A DNA stretch of 64,000 nucleotides, from contig CAVOXA010000001.1 in the NCBI GenBank assembly GCA_963700285.1, positions 288,001-352,000 on the forward strand. The letters run 5' to 3'. The notes under the pieces were generated by a model. That model saw only the letters and a list, made by a program, of their open reading frames with translations, was not told the DNA's origin and ran no database searches. Positions 38,733 through 47,958 of the stretch are shown here, in pieces; the stretch's first letter is position 1, and each line of letters opens with the position of its first letter. Source of the stretch: an uncultured Chloroflexia bacterium (GTDB taxonomy: Bacteria; Chloroflexota; Anaerolineae; JAAYZQ01). The translations under genes were made by a program, and so were the position numbers.

Positions 38733-38761
38733 AGTATACCATACATTGCTGAGGTTGTCAA
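38733..38761 (-). promoter_or_regulatory. Consensus sigma70 promoter driving the minus-strand cluster
   Basis: On the minus strand TTGACA-17 nt-TATACT with an extended TG; flanked by ATACATT direct repeats (38723, 38741) and an AATATATT palindrome (38711). Confidence 0.8.
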
Positions 38762-38882
38762 GTACAAATGACGGAAGAATCCAAGGCTGAACCGGTCTGA
38801 GAAGCAGGTCCAGACTGGTCATGGCCACGAAATGGCGAACTGGGTCGGGCCCGGGGAAGTCGGGCAAGGTTGACGAACCAGG

Positions 38883-39560
38883 TTAGGTGGCGCCATACAC
38901 TTTGAGCAGATCGACCCTGGCCTGTGGCGTAACCAGCAGGACGTTGTCCCGGATGTTCTCCAAGTGGTTCTGTACCTTCCCTTGCCCGATTCCAGGTGGC
39001 GCATAGGCCGTAAAAAGAACACTGTGGGTCTCAAGAGTGATCTGGGTCCGCAGGTCGGGTCCGTAGAGTACACTGGAAAGGATACCCTGCGCATCGGCGA
39101 TCATCATGTCACCCGCCTTGAGCTGTTGTTCCTGGCCATTGATCCGGACGAATCGTTCGCTGCCGTCCGCCACGTCGATGCCTGCCGGCAGTTGGACCGC
39201 TGCCAGATCGTGTCCCGCTGTCAACAGCAAATCCTGCAGCTCAGCCATGAACATGGCTTCTACCAGAGCTGCGACGCGGGGGATCGATTTCCCCTTGAGG
39301 ACGACCGACTCGAGCTGTAATTGGAGGTGGTAGGTCTTTTTGAACTGTCTGTAGAAGGCATGGTAGGCCTGTAACACGGGCAGACTTTTCAGCTCCGCTC
39401 TGTCATAGCCGGCATAGCGGGCTCGCAGTTGTTCCTCCAGATCTGCCTTCTTCCGTTCGAGGCCAGGATGCTGGCTGGGGTTGGCAACGTCGCCTATGGC
39501 CAACACACCGACTGCAGCTCCCGGGTAAGTTGTCTTCCACTTTTCCGAAACTGTGAACAT
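38883..39560 (-). CDS. Stand-alone B3/4-domain protein (PheRS-beta editing-domain-like)
   Basis: LQAYHAFYRQFK, IPRVAALVEA, AGHDL, MMIADAQGILSS, RTQIT...VLFTAYAP; ATG 39560 with a GGAGG RBS. Confidence 0.75.
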   Translation of the reverse strand: MFTVSEKWKTTYPGAAVGVLAIGDVANPSQHPGLERKKADLEEQLRARYAGYDRAELKSLPVLQAYHAFYRQFKKTYHLQLQLESVVLKGKSIPRVAALVEAMFMAELQDLLLTAGHDLAAVQLPAGIDVADGSERFVRINGQEQQLKAGDMMIADAQGILSSVLYGPDLRTQITLETHSVLFTAYAPPGIGQGKVQNHLENIRDNVLLVTPQARVDLLKVYGAT

Positions 39561-39609
39561 CGCACACCTCCAGTGCTCCATCCAGTAGTTGGTATTGGGA
39601 TGGAGTCGG

Positions 39610-40239
39610 TTACGCTTCTTCCCGCTGGGCCAAGATCTGCAGCCACTTTGGATAGCCGTAGGAATCCTGGAACGGCAGTGGAGGTGGGCCGGTTGCCCCA
39701 AGGAGTTGTTCCGCCGCAAGTGAAAGGTGCCCTTGTAGATTGGCCTCGCCGCCAAAGGCCTCGAAGCCGAGAGTCCACCATTCGCTCCCTGATACACGGA
39801 TGCTTGTCAGCTCCAGGTCACACCCCTGGTCTGGGTACTCAAGGGCAGGCATGGCAATCAGTTTCCTGTCAGCAGTGATGCGGTATCTCGACAGCTGACG
39901 CTCCTTGCGGACGCCAACCCAACCCGACGCTGGCACTGTCATGCCGGCAAGATCGCTGGCCTCGCTGGCGAGAGCAAAGCTCCACTTGCGCCAGTGTTCT
40001 ACCATGCCAATCACCCGTTCCTGGAGGCGTACGGCTCCCAACTGGCGTTGGCGTTGTTTGACTTCAATCCGCCCCTCGCGCAGCTTGATGCCGAGCGAGT
40101 CGCCCTCGGAAATTCGGAGGTAATGGTCCACCCTTGGCAATGGTTCCGCAGGCTCGCCTCCGCTCCCATAGAGCCACGACAGGACATCCGGGGGCACTGC
40201 ACCTTTGAAGAACCACCTCACCTCCAGCGTCGCGATCAT
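39610..40239 (-). CDS. CYTH/triphosphate-tunnel-like hypothetical protein
   Basis: N-terminal LEVRWF (ExE/R-like), RVDHYL, GIKLREGRIEVK, VRKERQ, CDLELT, LGFEAFG. Confidence 0.55.
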   Translation of the reverse strand: MIATLEVRWFFKGAVPPDVLSWLYGSGGEPAEPLPRVDHYLRISEGDSLGIKLREGRIEVKQRQRQLGAVRLQERVIGMVEHWRKWSFALASEASDLAGMTVPASGWVGVRKERQLSRYRITADRKLIAMPALEYPDQGCDLELTSIRVSGSEWWTLGFEAFGGEANLQGHLSLAAEQLLGATGPPPLPFQDSYGYPKWLQILAQREEA

Positions 40240-40351
40240 GCAGTCTCGATCCAGTTTCGAGTCGGGTTGTTCCTGCAGGACGGCGGCAAAACTCTCCACC
40301 GCACGAGCCAGCGAACTGTGGACGGCTGGCGGCTGGGCCACGATCTGCCTC

Positions 40352-41410
40352 CTAGAAGCGCGGGGTACCGGATTGCGCCTCGACAGCAATCTCTCGCACG
40401 ATGGCCAGGGTTTCCCCAATCTGAGCTGACGAAACATCCAGATGTGTCACGGCGCGCGCCTGCGAACCGCCTATGACTGAGACGCGCGCTCCGCGGGCTA
40501 TCAGCAACTCGTTGAATTGCTCTGCCGTCAGGCCCAGCCCACCCACGTCAAAGAAAACCAGGTTCGTGTCAACCGGTTGAACTTTGATCCCCTCTACTTC
40601 GTCTAGGCCCAGGGCCAACGTCTTGGCGTTGGCATTGTCCTCAGCGAGACGCTCGACATGGTGCTGCAGGGCATAGACGGCACCCGCAGCGATGATGCCG
40701 GACTGGCGCATTGCTCCCCCGAATAGGTGTTTCCAACGCCAAGCTTCTTGGATGAAACTCTGGGAGCCTGCCAGCGCGGCCCCAACGGGAGCCCCCAACC
40801 CCTTGCTAAAGTCGATCCAGACCGAGTCAAAGGGGGCGGCATATTCCCTGGCCGGGATGCCGGTAGCCACCACGGCGTTGAACAGGCGCGCCCCATCCAT
40901 GTGTCGCCCCAGGCCGTGTTCCTCAGCCACGGCGCAGACCTCCTGGATCGTCTCCAGCGGCCAGATGGAGCCGCCGCCTAAGTTGGATGTCTGTTCAACC
41001 ACAATCAGTCTGGAGCGAGGATGGTAGTTGCTGGGTGGGCGGATTGCCGTCCTGAGCTGCGCCGCGGAGAACACGCCTCGCTCTCCGGGGAGGGGATAGG
41101 CCAGAGCCCCGCAGAGCGCCGCCGGGCCGCCTGTCTCAAAGTGCCTGGTGTGCCCTGTCTCGTCCATGATGATTTCGTCACTGGGCTGACAATGGACGCG
41201 CAGCGCGATCGCGTTGCACATCGTACCGGACGGCAGGTATACAGCGTCTTCTTTGCCCAACAAGTCGCAGACCATTTCGACGAGCTGGTTTACGGTCGGG
41301 TCTTCCCGCTTTTGCTCGTCACCCACTTTTGCTGTGGCCATATAGTCCCGCATGGCCGGTGTCGGGCGCGTGGCAGTGTCGCTTGAAAGATCGATGCGGA
41401 TTTCGGGCAT
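40352..41410 (-). CDS. ltaE: Low-specificity L-threonine aldolase
   Basis: IDLSSDTAT, EDPTVN, PSGTMCN, HMDGARLFNA, DFSKGLGAPVG, GGAMRQSG. Confidence 0.9.
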   Translation of the reverse strand: MPEIRIDLSSDTATRPTPAMRDYMATAKVGDEQKREDPTVNQLVEMVCDLLGKEDAVYLPSGTMCNAIALRVHCQPSDEIIMDETGHTRHFETGGPAALCGALAYPLPGERGVFSAAQLRTAIRPPSNYHPRSRLIVVEQTSNLGGGSIWPLETIQEVCAVAEEHGLGRHMDGARLFNAVVATGIPAREYAAPFDSVWIDFSKGLGAPVGAALAGSQSFIQEAWRWKHLFGGAMRQSGIIAAGAVYALQHHVERLAEDNANAKTLALGLDEVEGIKVQPVDTNLVFFDVGGLGLTAEQFNELLIARGARVSVIGGSQARAVTHLDVSSAQIGETLAIVREIAVEAQSGTPRF

Positions 41411-41439
41411 TAAAAGTCCACCTCCCTGGCAGCAATGGC

Positions 41440-41898
41440 TCAGGTGGTCATCACAAAGACCGCGCCCGCCGCCTTTGGTTCAAAATCGACGGACCATCTT
41501 GTGTACTTGTCGAACCGGGCTCCATGCAGATCGGCTTCGTTCAAGTCTGCTTGCTGAAAATTGGCCCCCACGAGGTGGGCATCCTGCAGGTCAGCGCCGC
41601 GTAGGTCGGCCTGGACGAAATTGGCCTTGGCCAAGTTGGCCAGCCGCAGCTTGGCCCCCCTCAAACAGGCCCTGGACAGTTCGGCCTCCATGAGGGTAGC
41701 CCCCGAAAGATCCACGCCAGCAAGATCAGCAGCCGCCACGTTGGTATTGGTCAGATCCGCATCGCGCAGGTCGGCCCCGCTCAGATCTGCCTTGTAGAGA
41801 CCCAAACCAGACAGGTCTTGGCCATGCAAGTCCAGGCGCTCACCCCGCGCGCGAGCCAGCGCAGCCAGGTCCCTAACATCTGCTACCGTCAATTTCAT
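41440..41898 (-). CDS. Pentapeptide-repeat protein
   Basis: Repeated A(D/N)Lxx units (ADLSG ADLRD ADLTN ... ANFQQ ADLNE ADLHG); ATG 41898 after GGGGAGG. Confidence 0.85.
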   Translation of the reverse strand: MKLTVADVRDLAALARARGERLDLHGQDLSGLGLYKADLSGADLRDADLTNTNVAAADLAGVDLSGATLMEAELSRACLRGAKLRLANLAKANFVQADLRGADLQDAHLVGANFQQADLNEADLHGARFDKYTRWSVDFEPKAAGAVFVMTT

Positions 41899-41973
41899 CT
41901 TTCTTCGGACCTCCCCTTTTTGAGCCTGCCCTACCTGTGCATCAGTGAAACCGTGGGCAGTCGTTGGAAATCT

Positions 41974-42003
41974 ATTGTACCACAGAAGCCCCGGCGTGCA
42001 CAA
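41974..42003 (-). promoter_or_regulatory. Putative divergent promoter for the pentapeptide/ltaE genes
   Basis: On the minus strand TTGTGC-18 nt-TACAAT with TG at the extended -10. Confidence 0.45.
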
Positions 42004-42064
42004 TCCATCTGGAGCGTTCTGCGCGGGGGCGAATCTCTGCTCCCCAGAGGTCGGGTCGCGGCAT

Positions 42065-42093
42065 TTGACAGGATCTTGCATCTGTGTTATGAT
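42065..42093 (+). promoter_or_regulatory. sigma70 promoter of the aro operon
   Basis: TTGACA-17 nt-TATGAT with an extended TG. Confidence 0.8.
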
Positions 42094-42186
42094 TGTGCAA
42101 CTTCTGGTAGGGATGGAAGGATGGTTCATCGAGCGCTGGACAGAAACCGGATAGATGATTCGTCACTGGCTGTTGGCTGGGGCGAG

Positions 42187-42303
42187 ATGCAGGGTCTTTC
42201 CAAGAGCCTTGGGGTTTGTGACTGGTATTTTGGCTACTTTTATTTTACCGGTGTGTACGCACCGGTCGGTTGCCCTGCGCCAGGGGGGTCTTGCCAGGAG
42301 TAG
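42187..42303 (+). CDS. Putative aromatic-amino-acid leader peptide (MQGLSKSLGVCDWYFGYFYFTGVYAPVGCPAPGGSCQE)
   Basis: Codon run TGG TAT TTT GGC TAC TTT TAT TTT at 42223-42246, between the promoter and the terminator; alternative in-frame ATG at 42121. Confidence 0.75.
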   Translation: MQGLSKSLGVCDWYFGYFYFTGVYAPVGCPAPGGSCQE

Positions 42304-42325
42304 ATTCGAAGCAAGAAGAACCTTA

Positions 42326-42365
42326 AACGAGCGTGGTGTAACCGGCACCACGCTCGTTCTTTATT
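42326..42365 (+). terminator. Attenuator terminator of the aro leader
   Basis: AACGAGCGTGGTG-TAACCGG-CACCACGCTCGTT followed by CTTTATT, ending 15 nt before aroH. Confidence 0.8.
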
Positions 42366-42380
42366 GCCTGGGAGTATGCC

Positions 42381-42773
42381 ATGTCCCATGATGGAAGGTG
42401 TGCAGTACAATGTCGAGGCATACGTGGCGCGATCACGGTCGAGCATGATTCAGCCACGGCGATCCTGGAGGCAACGCGCGAACTACTGGGCCGTATCGTC
42501 GACGCAAACGGGGTAGTTGTCGAGGATCTGGCCAGCGCCATCTTTACTGTCACACCAGACCTGACCGCTGCGTACCCGGCAGCGGCGGCCCGAGATCTGG
42601 GCTGGCAGCACGTGGCACTGCTGGATGCTCAGGAGATCCCGGTACCGGGCAGCCTACCTCGTTGTGTTCGTGTACTGCTTCATTGGAATACCGGCACACC
42701 GCAGGCAGAGATCTGCCACGTGTACCTCCGGGGTGCGGCCTCACTACGGCCAGACCTAACGAGCAGGAAGTGA
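42381..42773 (+). CDS. aroH: Chorismate mutase, AroH class
   Basis: [58 protein letters not shown]. Confidence 0.93.
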   Translation: MSHDGRCAVQCRGIRGAITVEHDSATAILEATRELLGRIVDANGVVVEDLASAIFTVTPDLTAAYPAAAARDLGWQHVALLDAQEIPVPGSLPRCVRVLLHWNTGTPQAEICHVYLRGAASLRPDLTSRK

Positions 42774-42819
42774 GTGGCCTGGACTGAGAACCATCAGAAT
42801 TGAAGGGAGGAAAAGAACC

Positions 42820-43659
42820 ATGACCACAGTCGCATTCCAAGGGGTACGAGGGGCCTATTCCGAGGAAGCAACCTTTCAGTTCTTTGGCCCGGACGTCGAA
42901 ACGCTGCCATGCCAGAGTTTCGAGGGCATCTTTGAGGCGGTCGAGTCTCGGGCGGCCGACTATGGCGTGCAGCCGGTAGAGAACTCGACGGCCGGATCGA
43001 TCAATCGTGCCTATGATCTGTTGCAGTCTCACGATCTCCGGGTCTGGGGGGAGGTCATTCTTAGGATCCAGCATGCATTATTGGCGCCGAAGGGGATGGC
43101 GTTGGGTGATGTCGTTCGGGTACGTTCTCAGCCCGAGGCCCTGGCCCAGTGCAAGCGCTACCTGAGCAATCACGGCTGGACCCCCGAAGCCACCTACGAT
43201 ACAGCGGGCAGCGCCCGAGACCTGGCTGCCAAGGCTGAGCCCGGGGTGGCGGCCATTGCCAGCCGGCTGGCGGGCCAGCTCTATGGCCTCGAGGAGCTGG
43301 ACTATGGCATCGAGGACTCGCCAAACAACTACACGCGCTTTTTCGTCCTCAGCATCAACGATGCACCGCGGGCACAGCGCAGCAAGACCTCGCTGGTCTT
43401 TGCCTCACGCCATCAACCCGGTGCTCTGTACGAGTGTATCGGTGAATTCTCCAAGCGACACGTTAACTTGAGCAAGCTCGAGTCGCGTCCGCGGCCGAAT
43501 CGGCCGTGGCAATACAGCTACTACCTGGACTTTGATGGCCACTGTCAGGATCCAGAGTGCGAAGCCGCGCTAATGGGGCTGCTGCGTCGCTCTTCGTTCG
43601 TCAAGTTGCTGGGTTCGTATCCTGCGGCGACGACCCCTACGCTTGACGAGACGGACTGA
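42820..43659 (+). CDS. pheA: Prephenate dehydratase with ACT domain
   Basis: [33 protein letters not shown]. Confidence 0.93.
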   Translation: MTTVAFQGVRGAYSEEATFQFFGPDVETLPCQSFEGIFEAVESRAADYGVQPVENSTAGSINRAYDLLQSHDLRVWGEVILRIQHALLAPKGMALGDVVRVRSQPEALAQCKRYLSNHGWTPEATYDTAGSARDLAAKAEPGVAAIASRLAGQLYGLEELDYGIEDSPNNYTRFFVLSINDAPRAQRSKTSLVFASRHQPGALYECIGEFSKRHVNLSKLESRPRPNRPWQYSYYLDFDGHCQDPECEAALMGLLRRSSFVKLLGSYPAATTPTLDETD

Positions 43660-43691
43660 TGCCCGGAGCAGCGATAGTTGGAGGGAAGGCT

Positions 43692-44705
43692 ATGATCGTC
43701 ATTATGAAGCAAGGAGCAACCCGGGCTCAGGTGGTCAATGTCACGGCCCGTATTGAGCAGCTTGGCTGTACGGCGCACATCTCGGAGGGAGAGGAGCGCA
43801 CCATCATTGGCATCATCGGCAATGGGCGCCCGATAGACCGGGGAGCCGTTGAGCGGATGGACGGGGTCGAACAAACGGTACAGGTGCTGCGACCTTTCAA
43901 ACTGGCCAGCCGGGATTTTCACCCGCAGGACACTGTTGTTCCCATCAACGGAGTATCCGTCGGCGCCAAGAACTTGGTGGTCATAGCTGGCCCGTGTGCG
44001 GTCGAGGGGCGCTCGGAACTGATGGAGGCCGCGCAACTGGTCAAGGACGCCGGTGCCCAAATGCTGCGCGGTGGCGCCTTCAAGCCACGTACTTCGCCCT
44101 ATAGCTTTCAGGGAATGGGGGAAGAGGGACTGCGCATTCTAGCCGATGCTCGCCGGGAGACAGGGCTGCCCATCGTGACCGAGGTCATGGCCCCGGAGCA
44201 GGTGCCTTTGGTGACGACCTATGCCGATGTCCTGCAGATCGGGGCCCGAAACATGCAGAACTATGCCCTGTTGCACGCTGTAGGCGAGGCGCAGCGGCCT
44301 GTTCTGCTGAAGCGGGGAATGATGTCTACCATCGAAGAACTGCTGATGTCGGCTGAATACATCCTGTCCCATGGCAACAACCGGGTGATGCTGTGCGAGC
44401 GTGGGATCCGTACTTTTGAACAATACACGCGGAACACGCTTGACATCAATGCCATCCCGCTGCTCAAGCAGCTCAGCCATCTACCCGTCATCGTAGATCC
44501 AAGCCACGGAACCGGCAAGTGGGAACTGGTGGAGGCTGTCTCCAAGGCAGCCGTGGCAGCCGGGGCGGATGGGCTGATCATCGAGGTCCACCCACACCCC
44601 AGCCAGGCCATGTCCGATGGAGCCCAGTCCCTCAAGCCAGAGACCTTTGCCCGGCTGATGGACGATCTTGGCGCCATCGCTCGCGCTGTGGGTCGGGAGT
44701 TTTGA
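43692..44705 (+). CDS. aroF: DAHP synthase (type I-beta, N-terminal regulatory domain)
   Basis: [51 protein letters not shown]; ATG 43692. Confidence 0.95.
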   Translation: MIVIMKQGATRAQVVNVTARIEQLGCTAHISEGEERTIIGIIGNGRPIDRGAVERMDGVEQTVQVLRPFKLASRDFHPQDTVVPINGVSVGAKNLVVIAGPCAVEGRSELMEAAQLVKDAGAQMLRGGAFKPRTSPYSFQGMGEEGLRILADARRETGLPIVTEVMAPEQVPLVTTYADVLQIGARNMQNYALLHAVGEAQRPVLLKRGMMSTIEELLMSAEYILSHGNNRVMLCERGIRTFEQYTRNTLDINAIPLLKQLSHLPVIVDPSHGTGKWELVEAVSKAAVAAGADGLIIEVHPHPSQAMSDGAQSLKPETFARLMDDLGAIARAVGREF

Positions 44706-45619
44706 TGATGGCGCAACTGGAACAGGAACGTTCCCCAGTCGACCAGTATCCGCTGACTGAAGGCCGGCTACAGCATGCCCAGGTCACCATCGTGGGTTTG
44801 GGTCTGATGGGCGGCTCACTGGCTGGCGCGCTACGGGGCAAATGCCGGGCTGTTGTCGGGATGGCCCGTCGCGCCGAGGTGCTTGAAACTGCGCTGGCCC
44901 AGAACCTCATCGATTGGGGCACGGCCGACTTGGCGGAGGGTTTGCGCCAGGCGGACGTTGTTGTTCTGGCAACACCGGTGCGCGTCATTCTTCGTCAGTT
45001 GGCCGAGCTTTCACCTCTCTTGCCCCGGGGCTGCCTGTTGTTGGATCTGGGCAGCACAAAGGCCGAGATCGTCGCCGAGATGGCGAGACTACCGGAGCAT
45101 ATCCAGCCCTTGGGTGGACACCCGATGTGCGGTAAGGAGGTGTCAGGGATCGAGGTGGCCGATCCGGCTCTCTATCAGGGCACTACCTTTATCCTGTGTC
45201 CGTTGCCGCGCACCTCCGGTTGGGCGCTGAACCTGGGCTGCCAACTGGTCGAGGCCGTCGGTGCCCAGGCACTGGTGCTAGAAGCGGAGCGCCAAGACTC
45301 CCTCGTCGCCACTCTGAGCCACCTGCCCTACATGTTGGCCTGCGCGCTGGTTGGCACCGCAGATACCCTGACCTCTCCTGATCCGGCAGCTTGGGAGATC
45401 GTAGCTGGAGGCTATCGCGATACGTCGCGTGTGGCGGGCAGCGACGTGAAGATGATGGTCGATATCCTGATGACCAACCGAGAAGAAGTCGTGCGTTCGG
45501 TAGAAGCCTGCCAGGCCCAGCTCGGCCGCCTGGCGACTCTTGTACAAGCGGGCGCAGAGGATGAACTGCAAGCTACGCTGAGCGCCATTCGTGAAGAGAG
45601 GAGGCGAATGTACCCGTGA
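44705..45619 (+). CDS. tyrA: Prephenate/arogenate dehydrogenase
   Basis: IVGLGLMGGSLA, DLGSTK, GGHPMCGKE, SHLPY, GGYRDTSRVA. Confidence 0.9.
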   Translation: MMAQLEQERSPVDQYPLTEGRLQHAQVTIVGLGLMGGSLAGALRGKCRAVVGMARRAEVLETALAQNLIDWGTADLAEGLRQADVVVLATPVRVILRQLAELSPLLPRGCLLLDLGSTKAEIVAEMARLPEHIQPLGGHPMCGKEVSGIEVADPALYQGTTFILCPLPRTSGWALNLGCQLVEAVGAQALVLEAERQDSLVATLSHLPYMLACALVGTADTLTSPDPAAWEIVAGGYRDTSRVAGSDVKMMVDILMTNREEVVRSVEACQAQLGRLATLVQAGAEDELQATLSAIREERRRMYP

Positions 45620-46959
45620 GCCGGCTCTGCGTGCAAGGCGCCGCGCCTCTGTGTGGGCGCATCCAGGTCCCAGGCGACAAGTCAGTCTCGCATCGCTCAC
45701 TGTTGTTGGGTTCCCTTGCAGAGGGGAAAAGCCGCGTGGAACGTTTTTTACCTGCTGCCGATTGCCGCGCTACGCTGAGTGCCGTGCGCGCGTTGGGTGT
45801 GGAGGTCGAGGAGCTGGGTCCATCGACGCTGATTCTCAGGGGCCGGGGACTGCGAGGCTTGCAGGAACCGGATGATGTCGTAGATTGCAGCCGCTCGGGT
45901 ACGACGATGCGGCTGCTGGCTGGAATCCTCGCCGGCCAGCCCTTCTTAACTGTTCTCTCAGGTGATGTCCAACTGAGGCGGCGGCCCATGGGGCGCATTG
46001 CAGAACCGTTGCGGCGCATGGGTGCGACGGTCCTGGGCCGGGACGGTGACCGCCTGCCGCCCCTGGCCATTCAGGGAGGTTCCCTTCAGGGCCTGGACTA
46101 TACGCTTCCAGTGGCCAGTGCTCAAGTCAAGAGTGCTCTATTGCTGGCCGGCCTGTACGCCGGAGGGCCCACGAGCCTGTGCGTGCCCGGGCCTGCGCGG
46201 GATCACACGGAACGGATGCTGGTGGCGATGGGAGCCAGGTTGGAGACTGAAGACTGGGGGTTGGCTGCTGGTGGACAGCGTTTACGGCTTGAGCCTGGCC
46301 ATTTCTTGCAAGCACTGGACCTTGCTGTGCCAGGGGATTTTTCGTCGGCGGCCTATTTCCTGGTAGCAGCAAGTCTTGTGCCCGGCTCGGAGGTCCTGAT
46401 CGAGGGCGTGGGTGTGAATCCCACCCGTACCGGACTGCTGGATGTGCTGCAGGCCATGGGCGCCGACGTCGTGCTGGAAGACACACGGATGGTGGGCGGC
46501 GAGCCTGTGGCGGATCTGGCGGTGCGCGCTTCGGACCTGGTCGCCACGGAGGTGAGCGGTCAGCTGGTGGTGCGGGCCATCGACGAGTTTCCTGTCCTGG
46601 CCGTAGCTGCCACCCAGGCCCGGGGAGAAACGGTGGTGCGTGACGCGGCCGAGCTGCGAGTGAAAGAGACCGACCGGATTGCTACCACGGTGCAGGAATT
46701 GCGCCGGCTGGGAGCCGAGATCGAGGCTCAGCCAGATGGTTTTGTCGTTCATGGTCCAACACCTCTGCGGAGCTCTGATCTCGCCGAAGGACAAGGATCC
46801 ATGGTTTGCAGCCATGGTGACCATCGTCTGGCGATGGCCCTGACCGTGGCCGGGTTGATTGCCAGGGGTGAGACCTGCGTACAGGACACGGACTGTATTG
46901 CCGACTCTTTCCCCGGCTTTGCGGCAGCGTTGGCAAGGCTGGGGGGAAACTTGCGATGA
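45616..46959 (+). CDS. aroA: EPSP synthase (class II)
   Basis: PGDKSVSHR, SGTTMRL, RRRPMGRI, SAQVKSA, RDHTERML, ELRVKETDRI, GDHRLAM. Confidence 0.96.
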   Translation: MSRLCVQGAAPLCGRIQVPGDKSVSHRSLLLGSLAEGKSRVERFLPAADCRATLSAVRALGVEVEELGPSTLILRGRGLRGLQEPDDVVDCSRSGTTMRLLAGILAGQPFLTVLSGDVQLRRRPMGRIAEPLRRMGATVLGRDGDRLPPLAIQGGSLQGLDYTLPVASAQVKSALLLAGLYAGGPTSLCVPGPARDHTERMLVAMGARLETEDWGLAAGGQRLRLEPGHFLQALDLAVPGDFSSAAYFLVAASLVPGSEVLIEGVGVNPTRTGLLDVLQAMGADVVLEDTRMVGGEPVADLAVRASDLVATEVSGQLVVRAIDEFPVLAVAATQARGETVVRDAAELRVKETDRIATTVQELRRLGAEIEAQPDGFVVHGPTPLRSSDLAEGQGSMVCSHGDHRLAMALTVAGLIARGETCVQDTDCIADSFPGFAAALARLGGNLR

Positions 46960-47906
46960 CCGCCACTCCCGCGCAGCTTGTGACCGGCCCAGCCCCAGGG
47001 GTTGAGGACTCAATCTTTCGGGTTGGACTGGTGGGCTGGCCGGTAGAACACAGCGTTTCGCCGGCCATGCACAACGCTGCCTTTGATGCGCTGGATCTCA
47101 ACTGGCGCTATTTTCCTCTACCAACACCTCCCGACAAGGTGGAAGTTACCCTGGCCCAACTTCGTGAGCATGGGTACCGGGGAGCCAACGTCACCCTGCC
47201 CCACAAGCGGACCGTCATGCCCTACTTGGACGAACTCACGGATGCGGCGCGTGCCATTGGCGCAGTGAATACCATCCTTGCTGATGGCGCGCTGTTGGTC
47301 GGTCACAACACGGACGGGGATGGCTTCTTGATCGCGCTGAGGGCGGCGGGTTTTGATCCTGCTGGCCAGCGGGCACTGGTGTTGGGCGCTGGCGGTGGGG
47401 CACGGTCCGTGATCTATGCCCTGGCTCAAGCTGGTTGTTCGGTCACCCTCCACAACCGGACAGTGCAGCGGGCTACAAGTCTTGTGCAGGACATGCAGGC
47501 CGCGTGCCTCCAGCCAGCAGGCTCCTGGCTAACGCAGGCGACTAGCTTACAGGATCTGGATCTGGATGCCTACAGCCTATTGGTCAATACAACCTCGGTG
47601 GGGATGTGGCCCAACGTGGACGCCTCTCCGTGGCCGGAGGCTCCGGCAATGCCGTCGCATTGGACGGTCTTTGACCTGGTTTATAACCCTGAGGAAACCT
47701 GCCTTCTATCCGGGGCGCGCGCTGCTGGAGCCATGCCGGTCAGGGGCCTGGGCATGCTCGTACACCAGGGCGCCCTGGCCTTTGAGTTGTGGACAGGGCA
47801 AACGGCGCCGGTGGAAGTCATGTATACTGCTGCCAGGGAGGCACTGGGGCCAACGGGCAGGCGACCGGCAGTGGGCAGCCCTTGGGTGTTGGCTAGCGAA
47901 CACTGA
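46956..47906 (+). CDS. aroE: Shikimate dehydrogenase
   Basis: GWPVEHSVSP, GANVTLPHK, IGAVNT, NTDGDG, GAGGGARS, DLVYNP, GMLVHQG. Confidence 0.94.
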   Translation: MTATPAQLVTGPAPGVEDSIFRVGLVGWPVEHSVSPAMHNAAFDALDLNWRYFPLPTPPDKVEVTLAQLREHGYRGANVTLPHKRTVMPYLDELTDAARAIGAVNTILADGALLVGHNTDGDGFLIALRAAGFDPAGQRALVLGAGGGARSVIYALAQAGCSVTLHNRTVQRATSLVQDMQAACLQPAGSWLTQATSLQDLDLDAYSLLVNTTSVGMWPNVDASPWPEAPAMPSHWTVFDLVYNPEETCLLSGARAAGAMPVRGLGMLVHQGALAFELWTGQTAPVEVMYTAAREALGPTGRRPAVGSPWVLASEH

Positions 47907-47958
47907 ATGTCCAAGGCAGGAAATCGAGTATCGAATATTGACCTCGCGGAGGCTTGAG

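Noticed and set aside
42100-42365. T-box riboswitch in the aro or ilv leaders
   Set aside because: No T-box consensus (AAnnnnGGTGGnACCrCG) was found; the codon-run ORFs with alternative stems explain both leaders better.
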